64,000 nucleotides of DNA, taken from the human T2T-CHM13v2.0 reference genome, Homo sapiens. Below the pieces are notes generated by a model, which was not told the origin of the DNA, did no database searches, and saw nothing but the letters and a program-made list of their open reading frames with translations. The stretch lies in NCBI RefSeq assembly GCF_009914755.1, contig NC_060925.1. One strand, given 5' to 3'. Positions 22,210 to 42,052 of the stretch are shown piece by piece. Every line of letters begins with the position of its first letter. Position 1 is the first letter of the stretch. Position numbers and translations under genes: made by a program.

Positions 22210-22215
22210 ATTTAG

Positions 22216-22374
<159 letters not shown>

Positions 22375-22554
22375 TAGTGGAGATGGGGTTTCACCATGTT
22401 AGCCAGGATGGTCTCAATCTCCTGACCTCGTGATCAGCCTGCCTCGGCCTGCCAAAGTGCTAGGATTACAGGCGTGAGCTACTGCGCCTAGCCCTTTTTG
22501 TGGTCTTAATTCTGTGTCTCCCTTTCTATATTAATAGTTACCTCTTTCTTATTA

Positions 22555-22920
<366 letters not shown>

Positions 22921-24218
22921 TTAATGTGTTAACGTACAACTTTTTTTTTTAAATTTCACTTTAATTTTTTTTTTTTTTTGAGACAGAATCTTACTGTCGC
23001 CCAGGCTGCAGTGCAGTGATGAGATCACCACTCACTGCAGTCTTGACTTCCCAGGTTCAGGCAATCCTCTCACCTCAGCCTTCCGAGGAGCTGGGATTAC
23101 AGGAGTATGCCACCACGCTCAGCTAATTTTTGTATTTTTTTGGTAGAGGCAGGGTTTTGCCACATTGTCCAGGCTGAAACCTACAACTTTCTAAGAATTA
23201 CTAAGGCTATAAATCAAATGGAAATGACACAAAATATTTATGTGAACATTTGTTTACATAAACATGCTTATGTAAATATAAATACATTTATAGCCCTAGT
23301 TTGGAATTCCAGTGAAATGCTAGTCTCTGTACTCAAGAAATACCTCATGGGATGAAAGCATTCATTGATTTACAAATGAAAATTTAACATCAGTTATCAG
23401 TCTTTACGAAGAGTCAGTGTTGAGAAACTCATAGTTGTATGTGTAGAAGAGTCTAAGAATTACAATCTGAATGCAGAGGTGAAACCTGAATAAAATCAAT
23501 CAGAACTTCAAAATGATCATGGAAGAGAGTTCTTTCCTATTCTTAGAACCTGGTATCTGAGCTCCCCATCTATGTTCCACTTACTCCTCAGCAACACCAC
23601 TTGGATTGCACAAGCATTTCAAATCTACCACTTCCAAAACTGGACTCCCAATTCTTATTCTTCCAAACCTCTCCAACTCCAGTAACTGCATGCCCTGACT
23701 TTATGCTAGTTACATACTTAGTATGTGCAGGTGCCAAGAAAAATTGTATTATTTTGTTATCCTGAGTAAACAAAACAATCAAGATCAGCCAAATACCTAA
23801 TTTTATATGTATCTCTAGGTTTCTAGGTTCTGACCTATAATTTGTTCCATGAGTTTATCCTAGGCCACACTTTGCCTCTGCCATTCAAGGACATTTTCTA
23901 TTTCTGGATTCTTGGGCACATAGTCTTGCACCCCTTGGAGAACCTGATGAAAGGTGTTGTGAACACTCTTCCCCAGAAACAATACATATACACAATACAT
24001 TGCCTGGGCTCATAGATTCAGTGAAGCTGTGAAGTCCATTCATGGAGTCCTAGGTAAGAGTCCCTGCTCCCAAAGGTCAGATGTAAGAAATCTGACTAAG
24101 GCCGGGCACGGTGGCTCATGCCTGTAATCCCAGCACTTTGGGAGGCTGACACGGGTGGATCACGAGGTCAGGAGATCGAGACCATCCTGGCTAATGCGGC
24201 AAAACCCCGTCTCTACTA

Positions 24219-24410
<192 letters not shown>

Positions 24411-25276
24411 CTAAACAGAGTGGTCCTCAATTGTTGGCAGTTCAGTAGTGGGGAGAAGAAGAGGAGAAATGTAGATCTATGATGTTTTAGTACTATATAT
24501 GCTTTTCAAGTTATCCAAGCTACCTCCTCTCTGCTGTGAACAGGACTACTCAAAGGCAGATGTAACTAATTAAATAATAAACACTATAGGACACACATGA
24601 AAGGGAAGTGCATTGACCTGGAGAATTCACACACCAGCATGCAGAACCTTCTTTCTGGCTATATTTTTCCAAAACTATTGTGAAAAAATTGTAGATCAAT
24701 GACTGTGTTGTTCTCTTCTACCTCCATACCCAGCTCTCTGAAAGCAATGCCTTTTAAGAGTACTGAAAGCATTAAGCAAGGAAAATTAGTAGTATAAATA
24801 AAAGTAAGTTTTACACACAGCACTATGGATATTTGATATTTACTGAGGAGCTATAATTTGGTTGCTGTTGTACTTATTAAAAATGTTATTATTTCAATTT
24901 CTTACAATTCAAAATATTTTTAAAAGTTGATAAGGGTTAGTTATGGATGTAATATTATACAGACACTAAAAATGATGGATAACATACTTTACACATAGGG
25001 AAGACAGTTCTAATAAGCATAATTCCAATGGGGAAAAAAGCACAAAAAGACAGAAATTTGCCCACATAAAAATCAAACCAAAAAAGCTCAAGGTGTCAAA
25101 CATGGTTACAGTCAAGATAAACTAATCAACATTTATAAATAACAAATCTTAATATATGAAGTGATATAAATAAGAAAGAAAATCACATGTATGCCATTAG
25201 AAAAATAGGAAAGGATATGAATAGACAATTCACAAAGAAATATAGCCAATAAACATACTTAAATAAAAAAAACTAG

Positions 25277-25492
<216 letters not shown>

Positions 25493-26067
25493 TGAAATCA
25501 TGGCCTCAAGTGATCCACCCGCCTCGGCCTCCCAAAGTGCTGGGGTTACAGGCATGAGCTACCATGCCTGGCCAAAAAAACACTAGTAATTTTTAAAATG
25601 CAAATTAAACTGTAAGACAGCATTTTTACCTATTAAATTGTCCACTATTAAGAGCAATGTTCATGGCCATCACTAGTTTAAGGTGTGGGAAAATTGATTC
25701 TCATACCCTATTGATAAAAAAGGTAAAAACTGGTGAAAACCTTTAGGAAGGCACTTTAATAATATGGCTCAAAAGCCTTAAAAACATACATTCCTTTGAC
25801 TGGAAAATTATTTAGAAATGCATTCTAATATAATTATTAGTCAAGGTACAAAAATATAAGTGCAAGGCCATTTAAAGTAGTGTTGTTTCAATATGGGATC
25901 ATTTCCATAAATTATAGAACATCTATCTTTATGGTAGAATATTATGCAGGCATTAAAAATATTGATGTGTATCAATATATACTGACGTGAAGATGTTCAG
26001 GAAATACAGCTAAGTGAGAAAAACATGTTTAAAAAAGCTTATATTTGTGGCTGGGGGTGGTGGCTCA

Positions 26068-26391
<324 letters not shown>

Positions 26392-26895
26392 TTAGATATT
26401 ACTTTGATATGTATGCATAGAAAAATATCTGAAGGATTGACAATGAAATGAAATAATAGTAGTAGGTGGCAGTGAGAGAATTACATACAATGCTTTTCCT
26501 TTTTGCTTATTTTTATTTTCTATTATGAAAAAACAATTTTAGAAAATAATTACAAGAAATATAGAGGAAAATACTTAAGTTATAAATAATAACAATACCA
26601 AAGCAGGAAACTAAGTCAAGTAAAAACTAAAACTATGGAATAATACTCACTAAAAAGCTAAAATGTAATACACAGAAAATATAATAATTGCATGTTAAAA
26701 TTGATAGGATTATGGTTGATATAAACATTTTTCAATCATGTGCCTTTGTAATTTAAAAAAGTAGGAAACTTTAATGAAGAAAGTTGTCAGTTTTGCTAAA
26801 ATAAACTTCTGATAAAAATTATGCATAAGACTTACCTCACTGTAATATTTAAAGTTAAGTTCATATTATCCTATCTGATACTAAGAAATAAATTA

Positions 26896-27066
<171 letters not shown>

Positions 27067-27226
27067 TTATACTGCAGGTTCAAATTATTTCCAGATACAT
27101 ATTTTATGGTTTTTTTTTTTTTTTGAGTCTCCCTCTGTCACCCAGCTAGAGTGCAGTGGTGCTATCTTGGCTCACTGCAACTTCTGCCTCCTGGGTTCAA
27201 GCAATCCTCCCACCTTAGCCTCGTGA

Positions 27227-27529
<303 letters not shown>

Positions 27530-27962
27530 TAAGAACATTTTAGACATAATGATATAATATTTCAACAAATATGTTTTAGAAAACCATTTAAATTTCTAGG
27601 TTATAAAATGTTTAGACAATGGTCTCCTCTAAGAAATCAGATGCAGCAGTAACTTTTGCATAGTTAAAAGCCAGAGATATCTGTTGACTATAATCCCAGT
27701 GTATTTTCTCTTTCAGTAGTACATACCTCTAAATTGATCATATTTCCATTAATGAACCATGGAATGATGAGTAGAAAAGTAAAGTAAATAAAAATTAATC
27801 CAAAGTTTTATGTGCATTAAAATTGCCTTGATCCATAAGATCAAGTTCAGAAAGTCTTTGTCAAACAATTTGGTCTTAACTGAAACCTATAATTTTTTGT
27901 GGTTTAAACTCACTGCTACAGAAATGAAGCACAACCAAAAGGATCAGCATAAAATAGGTCTC

Positions 27963-28480
27963 AATGGAATATTATTCAGCCACAAAAATGAATGAAATCC
28001 TGTCATTTGCAGCAACATGGATGGAACTAGAGGTCATTATGTTAGTGAAATAAACTAGGCACAGAAAGGCAAATATTGCACATTCTCACTCATAGTGGGA
28101 GCTAATAAAGTGGATCTCATGGAGACAGAGAGCAAATTGATGGTTACCAGAGGCTGGGAAGGGAAGGTGGAGATGAGTATAATGAAGAGAAGTTGGTTAA
28201 CGGGTAAAAAAAATAGTTAGATAGGAGTAATAAGTTCTGGTATTTGATAGCACGGTAGGGAAATTATATTTCAAAACAGCTAGAAGAAAAAAGTATATTT
28301 CAAAACAGCTAGAAGAAAAAAAGTATAATGTTCCCAACACAAAGAAAACATAAACATTAGAGGTGATGAATATCCCAATTACCCTGACTTCATCAATACA
28401 CATTTAATATATGTATCAAAATATCACATGTATCCCAAAAATATTTACAACTATGATACATCAATTTAAAAAAATAAACA
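27963..28480 (+). mobile_element. L1MA-type 3' end
   Basis: gaaatcctgtcatttgcagcaacatggatggaactagaggtcattatgttag...; A-rich tail. Confidence 0.85.
28265..28327. repeat. 29-bp tandem duplication within an L1 3' end
   Basis: tatatttcaaaacagctagaagaaaaaag, two copies. Confidence 0.85.
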
Positions 28481-28626
28481 AATCGGATCTCAAACAAAAG
28501 AAAAACCATTGTTGGGGGCTTGAAAGAAGTGCTACATTCAAGTCAAGTTAGACACAGTGATTATAGTCAAGTCAGTTTAGCCACAGAACCTAGTACACAT
28601 GCATGGAGCTTTATCTCTGGTCTTTA

Positions 28627-28935
<309 letters not shown>

Positions 28936-29928
28936 CTATTGAAAAGTTACATTTTCTACTTGTAAAAATTATTACTGTAATATTTCCGTAAGCTATCCTG
29001 AACGTCTATGTATTTTAATAATTTTCTCTCTGACATGAGACAAGTTCATTTTATTCTTAAGGATCATATGCTCTGGTCAAGTAAAGATATACCAATTATA
29101 ATTATAATTAAACATATAAGAATGACTTCTATATACTAGGGCTAGGTATAGCAAATATAAGCGTTGGCAAATATTCATTTCAGCAACCATAATATTTCCC
29201 ATGTTTCATTTATAAATATTCAAGAAACAGTTGAATCCTGATGAAATTAAAACACTTATGCTGGAGGTAGTATAATTCATTAATATGGTTCCTTGATGGT
29301 TTATCAACTAAGTAGAGGGAAGGCAATTTTCCTATTACTATCAAATCTTAAACTTAAAAGGCAGATTTCTTGCTTTGTGGAGAAGATGAAAGGATAAGTC
29401 TAAAAAACAGGTAACCAATTAATTCAATTTATAAAATATTAATTTATATGCAATATTATAAAAGGAATGAGTTTGTTATTTTTTACAGAATTAATTGCAG
29501 TTTCAAATGTCTAAGAAAAAAACAAATTATCTGAGAACAAAAGATCTGGATTGAAGCCCCTGCTCTATAAAGTAGAGGCTGTATGGGCTTGAGGAAATCA
29601 CAACCACTTAAGCTTAGTGCCTTTGATTATAAAATGGGGAAAATGACATTTATATAAGGTTACAGGGATCAAATTATATAACATACAGAAGCCATCTGTG
29701 CAAGCTATAAAATGCTATATGAAATGATATATATATTGAATTTTCATGACTCATAAAACTAAAAAATTTAATACCGATCTTGGACTGATAACTGTCCCCT
29801 ATTATTCACATGACTGTCCTCCAGAGCTGTTTGCAGCTACCGACATGGATATAGTTGTGTCAACAGACCACTGTAATCTACCTAACCAAAAGTTAACCAG
29901 GAGATATAATTAAATGCCAATGCTGAAA

Positions 29929-30143
29929 TAGGGGTTGACAACCTTTTTCTGTAAAGGTTTAGACTGTAAACACCGTAGGCTTTGTGGGCCACGGTCTCTG
30001 CTGCAGACTCCTGTGTGAATTCTGCCATGAAGAACGAAAGCAGAAACAGACAACATGTATACAAATGAACATGGCTGTGTTCCAATATAACTTTAATTTA
30101 CAAAAACACGTGGTGGGTGGGTAGGCCACAGTCTGCCAACCCC
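29929..30143. mobile_element. MER58A (hAT-Charlie MITE)
   Basis: ggggttgacaacc...tctgtaaagg...ggctgtgttccaat...tgccaacccc terminal inverted ends. Confidence 0.8.
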
Positions 30144-30356
30144 ATTCCAGAATTTCATAATCATTATTGTAAAATGAATTTATTAAAATAAACTAAACAT
30201 AAAACAACTCATATTTTTGAAATGATAAACATCGTGGGTATAAATGATAAGTATTCTATAGATTAAATGCCAATAAAACAGAAAGTAATGAACCTCAATT
30301 GTATTGACCCTTGCTTCAATGTAAGATAACACAAAGAACATTAAAAGGACAATTTA

Positions 30357-30683
<327 letters not shown>

Positions 30684-31508
30684 TCACCAACTATATTTAT
30701 TTGAAGTCCTTCACGTCTGCCAAAGGTATCAAAATGGATACTATATAAGATCAAATAGTTCAGTCACTCAACAAACGCTGTCATTATTACATGTTCCATC
30801 TTATTCCAGAAAGGATTATGGTAAATATCTGCTTTGTTAGGAAACATGCTAAGTGCTGTGACGAATACATAGAATTTTTAAAAAATATTTTGCCTTTAAG
30901 AATTTACAACATTACAGGGGAAATAAGATAAATAACTTATGGGGGTACTTTTAGAGTAGATTAAATGGATATCTACCAGAAATAAAAGCCCCCACATACA
31001 CACAAACCATTAATTATCTTCATCATTGAAAATTATCTTGCCATATACTTCCCATTTCATATTAGGACAGTTACAACTCCAACTTTATCTTTACCTATTG
31101 TTCATCCCCTGTACTACATGTGTGGAAAATTTTGTTCAACCTAACTGGCAACATGGTATCTATAAACATCTGGACTTCTAGATAATTGTTATTAAAGGAA
31201 TATCTTGAACAATTTCTGATAAGACCTACTGAATAAAAACTTAAAAGCAGTAAAGATATTCAAGATGAGGGCAGGTGCGGTGGCTCACACCTGCAATCCC
31301 AGCACTCTGGGAGGCTGAGGCAGGCAAATCACCTGAGGTCAAGAGTTTGAGATTAGCCTGGCCAACATGGCAAAATCCCGTCTCTACTAAACATACAAAA
31401 ATTAGCTGGGCATGGCCGGGCACAGTGGCTCACACCTTGTAATCCCAGCACTTTGGGAGGCCGAGGCAGGCAGATCACGAGGTCAGGAGATCAAGACCAT
31501 CCTGGCTA

Positions 31509-31820
<312 letters not shown>

Positions 31821-32095
31821 TCACTGCACTCCAGCCCGGACGACAGAGCAAGACTCCATCTCGAATAATTTAAAAAAAAGATATTCAGGATGAAAGGTCT
31901 GAAGCCAAACTGCAAGAGTCTGAATCCCAGCTCTGTTAACCTTTGTTATCTGGGCCAGTTACTTAATCTTTGTGCTTCAGTTTGTTCATTTATTCAATCT
32001 ATATTATAGTAGCACTTATTCAGAGGGCTGTTGCTACAAATGAATACATGCAAAGCACATAAAACAATGGCTGATCTACAGTTAGTGCCCAATGA

Positions 32096-32288
<193 letters not shown>

Positions 32289-32555
32289 TAAACTAACTTG
32301 GACAAGGAAATATATTTTAAAATTAATAACTTTGTAAAGAAGACTAATATTTTCAAATGTCAAGCTAATAAAGAATAAATTATAGAAAAATCATTTGGGA
32401 TCATATAAGTGAGCAGAATAGAAGCAGATAAACATTACTGACAAATTTTTTAAAATTTCACTGGGATACTCTGAATAATGGGAATCAAGAAAACTTTCCA
32501 CTAAAGAACTATTTCCAAAAGATACAGATCCAATTTGCTACTATGCACAAGAATA

Positions 32556-32684
32556 CAAAACACTCTTCGACTTACCATGAGTTTACATTCCTGATAAACC
32601 CATCTTAAGTCAAAAACATCATGATAAACCCTTTGTAAAGTTGAAAAACTATAAGCCAAAGCATTGTCAGTTGGGGACTATCCG
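32556..32684. mobile_element. MER47-like (Tigger) MITE, internally deleted
   Basis: ctcttcgacttaccatg...gataaacccatc...gttggggactatccg, flanked by TA. Confidence 0.65.
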
Positions 32685-32829
32685 TACTAAGAACATTTTG
32701 GATGTTGTGAAAATGGCTAACAGAAAATAATATCGCCCTTTTCATAGTTGTACTCTATCCCTAAAAAAAGTGGGTATTTTTGGTCATCATACTGTAGAAA
32801 CTCCAAAAGAAGGGAAAGCTACCACTGTT

Positions 32830-32994
32830 CTAGCTCCAGCTACTGCAGCCACGTGAGACCGCAAGGCAGAACCATCTAGCTGAGGCCTTTCTAAATTCTT
32901 GATCCACAGAAACTGTGAGACACAATAAAATGAGTATTGCTGTAAGACACTAAATTTTGGTGTGGTCTGTTTTACACCAATAGAAACTGGAACA
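32830..32994 (+). mobile_element. MLT1 LTR 3' fragment
   Basis: aaattcttgatccacagaaactgtgagacacaataaa...aatagaaactggaaca. Confidence 0.7.
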
Positions 32995-33859
32995 ATTTAT
33001 ACGGGTTTCCTTTTATGTATGCTGAAACTTTTCCATAATTTGATGCTTTTGAAGTACAGGATGATATCCGGAGGATCACTTGAGGGCAGGAGTTCAAGAT
33101 GAGCCTGGGCAACATAGTGAGACCCTTTCTCTATATAAAAAATAGTAATAATAAAAGAGACAGCTATCAATAGCTACCTTATTTAAAAAATTCTCTATGT
33201 CAGATATTGTGCTAGGTTATGTTAATTCAATACTCACAGGAAGCCTTTGTAGTATTATGATCACTTTACAGATAAAGTTATTACTATTATTATTACTGCA
33301 TTATAGGTAAATAAACTAAAGCTTGGAAATGTTAAAAACACTGGACAAGGACCAAGGATAACAGGAGGCAGAGGTGGAATAATTTTCCTTCACTGGCTCA
33401 AAGTTTGGGCATCTATTCATTGCCTCTGCAACCCAGTCCCGCCTAGGTCTGGCCTTTCTCCTCCTTACTTACACTTACTCATACCCTGGACCTCGTCATC
33501 ACCTGGATCTAGCCCCTATCTGAGATCACAATCTCACATGCGGCACTCTGCCCAGTCTCACATGTCTGAGCTTATATGTGCAATTACTCCCACACTGTTC
33601 CTGGACCTCACCAGGATCTTCAGTGTACCCCTTCCTCATTAAATACCTTTTTTTTTTTGAGACAGGGTTTTGCTGTGTCACCCAGGCTGGATGGAGTACA
33701 GTGGCATGACATCGGCTCACTACAACCTCCACTTCCCAGGTTCAAGCGATTCCCCTACCTCAGTTTCCTAAGTAGCTGGGATTACAGGCATGCACCATCA
33801 CGCCCGGCTAATTTTTTTGTGTATTTTTAGTAGAGATGGGGTTTCACCATGTTGGCTAG

Positions 33860-34168
<309 letters not shown>

Positions 34169-35144
34169 TAGCCAGGATGGTCTCAATCTCCTGACCTCGT
34201 GATCCGCCCGCCTCGGCCTCCCAAAGTGCAGGGATTACAGGCGTGAGCCACCGTGCCTGGCCCAGAACATTTCTTAACTAGATTTCCACTCTACCACCTC
34301 AACAGTGCTTCCTGAGATAGTCTCGCTTATGAAGTTATATTTCTGGTTATTGGTGGATATTTATTTGCTCTATGGACATTACTCATTTGCTCAATTACCA
34401 GGAAAGGCTGGTACTGCAGCAAACAGCTTTCAACTGTCTGGCTGCCATTTCATTACTGGTAACAGGACCTGTGGTCTCAGACAGGTTAGTGCAATAGGTT
34501 AAAGTATGGTACTCAGATTTAACCTATAAGTGGACCAGATGGCTGCTGTATGCCATAGCTCCAGACATTGCCACTAACCTGGTCAGCCAACTGAAGAATG
34601 CAAGCCATTGTTAATAAGACCAGACAAATGAGTATGGATACATAAGTCCATTACTACTTCTGAAAAAACAACCTGAAACAATTATCCTACTGATGAGTAA
34701 ATTGTTTTCTTCCTCTTTTTTTACAGAGGTGGGGCCTCCCTCTGTCACCCAGGTTGGAGCACAGTGACACAATCATAACTTACTGCAGCCTTGAACTCCT
34801 GGGCTCAAGCAATCCTCCTGTGCTTCAGCCTCCTGAGTAACTAGGACTACAGGTGTGTGCACAGCTGATTTTATTTTTTGTAGAGACAGGGTCACACTAT
34901 GTTGCCCAGGCTCAAAATCCTGGTATCAAGTGATCCTCCTGCCTCGGCCTCCCAAAGTGTTGGGATTACAGGCATGAGCCACTGCACCCAGGCATAAATG
35001 ATTTTCTTAATGTGGGCTTCTCCTTTTCCAAATCAATTTAATTGGTACAAAAAGAAAGAGAGAGAAAGAAAAGGCTACTTGGTATTTCTCACCTCTTACT
35101 TTCAAACCATTCAGTTAAGATGACTTAGTGGCATACAAACTTCA

Positions 35145-35372
<228 letters not shown>

Positions 35373-36060
35373 TCATTTCATGGTTAAAGATAAAGTATTA
35401 CAGATTTCGACAGCAACATACATATAAAACCAACATTTATTAAATGTCAAATATGTAAAAGGTGTGAGGAGGATAAATAAAATACAAACTCTGTCCTCAG
35501 CAGTTCACAATCTATTGAGAAACATTGAGTGTGTAAATAAAAAAATGGCATCAGACAAATTTTGTGAAGTATAATAACAGATATAAACAAAGCACCATGG
35601 TAATAAGAGAAAAGACATCATGAATTCCAACTGAGGAATAAGGGAGGGTTCATGGAGGTGGTAACATTTCAGAAAAGGCTTGAAGGGTAAATACAATTTT
35701 AACAAGCAGATATATAGGCTAATGGAATTCTATGTAGAAGAAAGAGTATTAGTGAAAGCACAGAGGGTCAAGCATGCATGGCACATCCAGGCAAGGTGAG
35801 CAGGACAACAGGGAGGCTGGGGAGGATGCCAAAGTCTGTGTCTCAGAATAGACTGATAAAATTAATTCGAGCAGGGGAATACAAAATAGTCTTCAGCTGT
35901 TCTGGCTTAATCTAGGAATGTATTTCTAGGAATGGACAAAACTGAGGACTTAAATCTTATCTTTCCTAAGTATTATTTCTCTCAGCTGAACCAGGATTGA
36001 ACAGCAGGGAGTCTGAGGTTATTTTCCCTCACAGGTAACAAGAAGGTAGTAAGATGCTAA

Positions 36061-36330
<270 letters not shown>

Positions 36331-37393
36331 TGATCCACCCACCTCGGCCTCCCAAAGTGCTAAGATTACAGGCATGAGCCACTGCGCCCAGCCACAGTGT
36401 GTTCTTTAGCTAGCAGGAAGCCATGAAAGCATTTTCTCAGAATGCAGGCCTCAAAGACATGGCAAGAAAATTTTAGATAAAAATAAAACAGAATCCCAGC
36501 ACTTCGGGAGGCTGAAGCAGAAAGACTGAGCCCAGGAGTTCGAGATCAGCCTGGGCAACATAGTGAGACCGTCTTTAAAAAAAAAAAACACCCAGGCACA
36601 GTGGCTCACACCTGTAATCCCAGCACTTCAGGAGGCTGAGGCCAGTAGATCACCTGAGGTCAGGAGTTCGAGACCAGCCTGGCCAACATGGAAACACCCC
36701 GTCTCAAAAATCAGCCAGGTGTGGTGGCACGCACCTGTAATCCCAGCTACTCAGGAGGCTGAGGAGGTGAATAGGTTGAACGCAGGAGGCAGAGGTTGCA
36801 GCGAGTTGAGATCATGCCAGTGCACTCAAGCCTAGGCAACAGAGACTCTGTCTCAAAAAAAAAAAAAAAAAAAAAAAAAGCCAGGCATGGTGGTGCACAC
36901 CTGTGGTCACAGCTATTTGGGAGGCTTAAATGGGAGGATCACTTGAGCCCAGGAGGTCAAGGCTGCGGTGAGCTGTGATTGTGCCACTGCATTCCAGCCT
37001 GGGTGACAGAGCAACACTCTATCTCATCAATCAATCAATCAGTCCATCAATCAGAAGAAGAAGCAACCTACAATCTGGTAATGCAAGGAACATAAAATAT
37101 ATACTTCAAATTTTCTTGTGTACACAAAACAAGTGCTATTTCTTTTTATTTATTTTTAGAGGTAGCATCTCGCTATGTTGCCCAGGCTGGCCTCAAACTA
37201 CTAGGCTCAAGCAATCCTCCTACCTTAGCCTCCCAAAGTGTTAGGATTACAGGCATGAGCCACTGTGCCCAGTATGACTTTTTTTTTACACTATTTGATA
37301 TTTACTATATGAATATTATTTTTTATCTTCATGTATTAATTACACTATTTTAAAAAATTTATTCTCTTAAAATGAATTTATTATTTTAAACTA

Positions 37394-37513
<120 letters not shown>

Positions 37514-38499
37514 CTAGAAATAAAAATATCACAAAAAGACAATCATAAATGCATCCCCTATACTGAAGCACAATTAAGCATATACATTTTAAAAAAAATC
37601 TTCAAGGTCAAGGATCATTTGCCAAAAGAATAACCCTAAAGAAGGCAGTTCACATGTGTTACTTCTGATTTTTACCTGACTTAAGAGAACCAAGATGATT
37701 AGAAGTACACAGTAAGAGACTGCAGATAGGGTAACACATTTATAGTCTCTTCATCAATGCATGTTTTGTGATAAATCTACTGAAATTCTTTTGTAAATTA
37801 GATACATTTGCTATGCTATGAAACAGAAACAATGATTTTGGATAAGCATATGCACAGAAAAAAAAACTTAAGACAACAAGTTTATAAACTTTAAATTAGC
37901 AAACCCAAGCTCACTAGAAACGTTATGAGGGTTTCTACTAACGTAAGAATCTCCAAGTCTTTCCCTATAATTTGCTATAAGAGGAAATTTGAGAAGCACC
38001 AGAAGCTTTTTAAAAAATCTGTGGTAAAATATACATAAAATTTACCATTCTAACCACTTTGGGTATATAGTTTAGTGGCATTAAATATTTTCAGACTGTT
38101 GTGTAAACGTCACCACTATCCATCTCCAGAACTTTCCCAGCATCCACACTGAAAAGTACCGGAAGCTTATTTTAAAGGCTACACTGAATAAGGAAGGATG
38201 GTAAAGTTCTAATACATCAGTGTAAAGATCACCTCCAGTTTTTTTGTTTTTAAGAAATAAACTAGACACGGTTCAGAAAGAATAAGTTAAGATGTAAGGA
38301 TCAGCTACCGAGAGTAGTCAAATTCATTAAGACAAAAAGTAGAATGGTGGTGATGGCCAGGGACTGGTAGGAGAGAGGAATGGGGACTTACTGTCTGGGA
38401 ACATGAAGACATTCTGGAAATGGATGGGGGTAATGATAACACAACAATATGAATGTACTTAATGCCACAGAATTGTACACTTAAAAATGTTTAAAATGG

Positions 38500-39800
<1,301 letters not shown>

Positions 39801-41405
39801 AAAAATGTTTAAAATGGTAAATTCTGTTATATATATTTTACCACAAAAAAGAGATAAGGATCAGTTAAAATGAAAAAAATTGAAGAAAATTATCTAGATT
39901 TACAATCTAAATCATTTTACTCAATCAGTTACTCAATGGTTAGGAGTGACAGTGATTATGCTAAGTAAGGCTGTCAGCGTCGCTTAAGGCATCTCAAAAC
40001 CATGGGAACAACCACATCTTAAAGGGAAAGATATTTAGCTTATCGCTAGCTGGATCTCTTCCCTAATCATCCTTATGACAATGTTTGCAAAAGACGCCTA
40101 TGACTGCTAGATATATTACCCAGTTACAAAGGAGTAAAATTACAGAGGCCAAAAGCACCAGAAAACAAGCACATCAGTACTTGTCAGTGACCTGGAAAGT
40201 TGAATGGGGGAAAAAAAAGAATAAATGATGGTCATCAGAATGTGGCCTAAAGAAAGCATAGTTTTCAACCAAGTATCACTTGATTGGATTTCACCTTTTT
40301 GTTTCCTGATCCACATGCTTTACTGGACTCATTCTCATTAGCGAAGAGGGGACCAGGAAAAGCGGGGTGCTAGGCCACATATTTACTGAGCATCTACTGT
40401 GAGGTACTGTACTGGCTCAGTACTGGTTTAGTGAGAGGTTTAAACACAGAACTAACAACCTAAAGATGCCATTTGCCTCTTACCCTTATTCATCGTGTTT
40501 ACCATACGCACAAAATTTACTACTTGTCTCTGGCTATGCGTGCCAATTTAACAATGGAATCCACCGCGTTTTGGAAAACAGGTAGCACCTGAGAAAGTTC
40601 AGCTTTGCTCTGCACTCTGCCCTTTCCACCTTTTTTCTCTTTATCCTCCTAGTGTTGCCCACAGCTTTTTCAACGTCAGCCCGCACCATAACTAAGTAGA
40701 TGGCCTACCCATTCTTTTTATTTAAAATGTTTTTTTTTTCTCAATTACTGCTTAAATATAATTTCTCTTCTAATTTCACACAGGCTTCTAACAGTTGTAT
40801 TGGATATTCATCAGCTACTATATATTGTCATTGCTAATAATGACATAAACTTTTCACCATTTTTTAGTTTTAAACACAGTGATATTTGTTCAAGTGTGAA
40901 TAATCTTACAGCTAATATTTACAGGGCTTGTGCTGTGTGCAAGGCACCATATCGAAGGTTTTATAAGAATTCTCTCATTTAATACTCTCAATAGCCACGT
41001 GAGATTTGGGTATTATTATTGCCCTAGTTTACTAGTAAGGAATGACAGAATTTATTCTGGTATTTTTATGGTTGCTTTTATAATAGCCTAAATAACAATT
41101 TTTACATTGCTTACAAGTTTTTTTTGGCCAAACTTAAGTTGAGGAAAGTAAAAGTGAGTGGAAAATATCATAAGGATAATATATTTTCAACATATGACTA
41201 CAGGGTATGACGGCCCAGAATTTCTCACCAATTACATTTATGTTTGATTTCAAATGAAAAGGGTTATTTATCCAACAGCTGGTATCACTAAATCTACTTT
41301 AAATATTTAGCCATCATGCATAGCAAATTACCATGTTTATATTAATAAAAGAATGGCCAGTGAGTGGGTTAACAAATACTAGCATCAGAAAAAGCAGGAT
41401 CTTTA

Positions 41406-41558
<153 letters not shown>

Positions 41559-41698
41559 CTATGCAGACACATAAAAGAATAACCAAATATTCAAATTTTA
41601 ATTTCCCTACTTTTTCTTATCCAGTCCCCTCAAATTTTTTAAATAGCTAGTTTCCTGAGGAACTTCATCTTTTTATGTTGGCCCAGTGAAAAACACTA

Positions 41699-42052
<354 letters not shown>

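Noticed and set aside
40168-40246. Box C/D snoRNA-like arrangement on the minus strand (cTGATGA...CTGA with a short caca/tgtg stem)
   Set aside because: The C box lacks the leading purine and the interior is a polypyrimidine tract, which fits a splice acceptor better. snoScan or small-RNA reads could overturn this.
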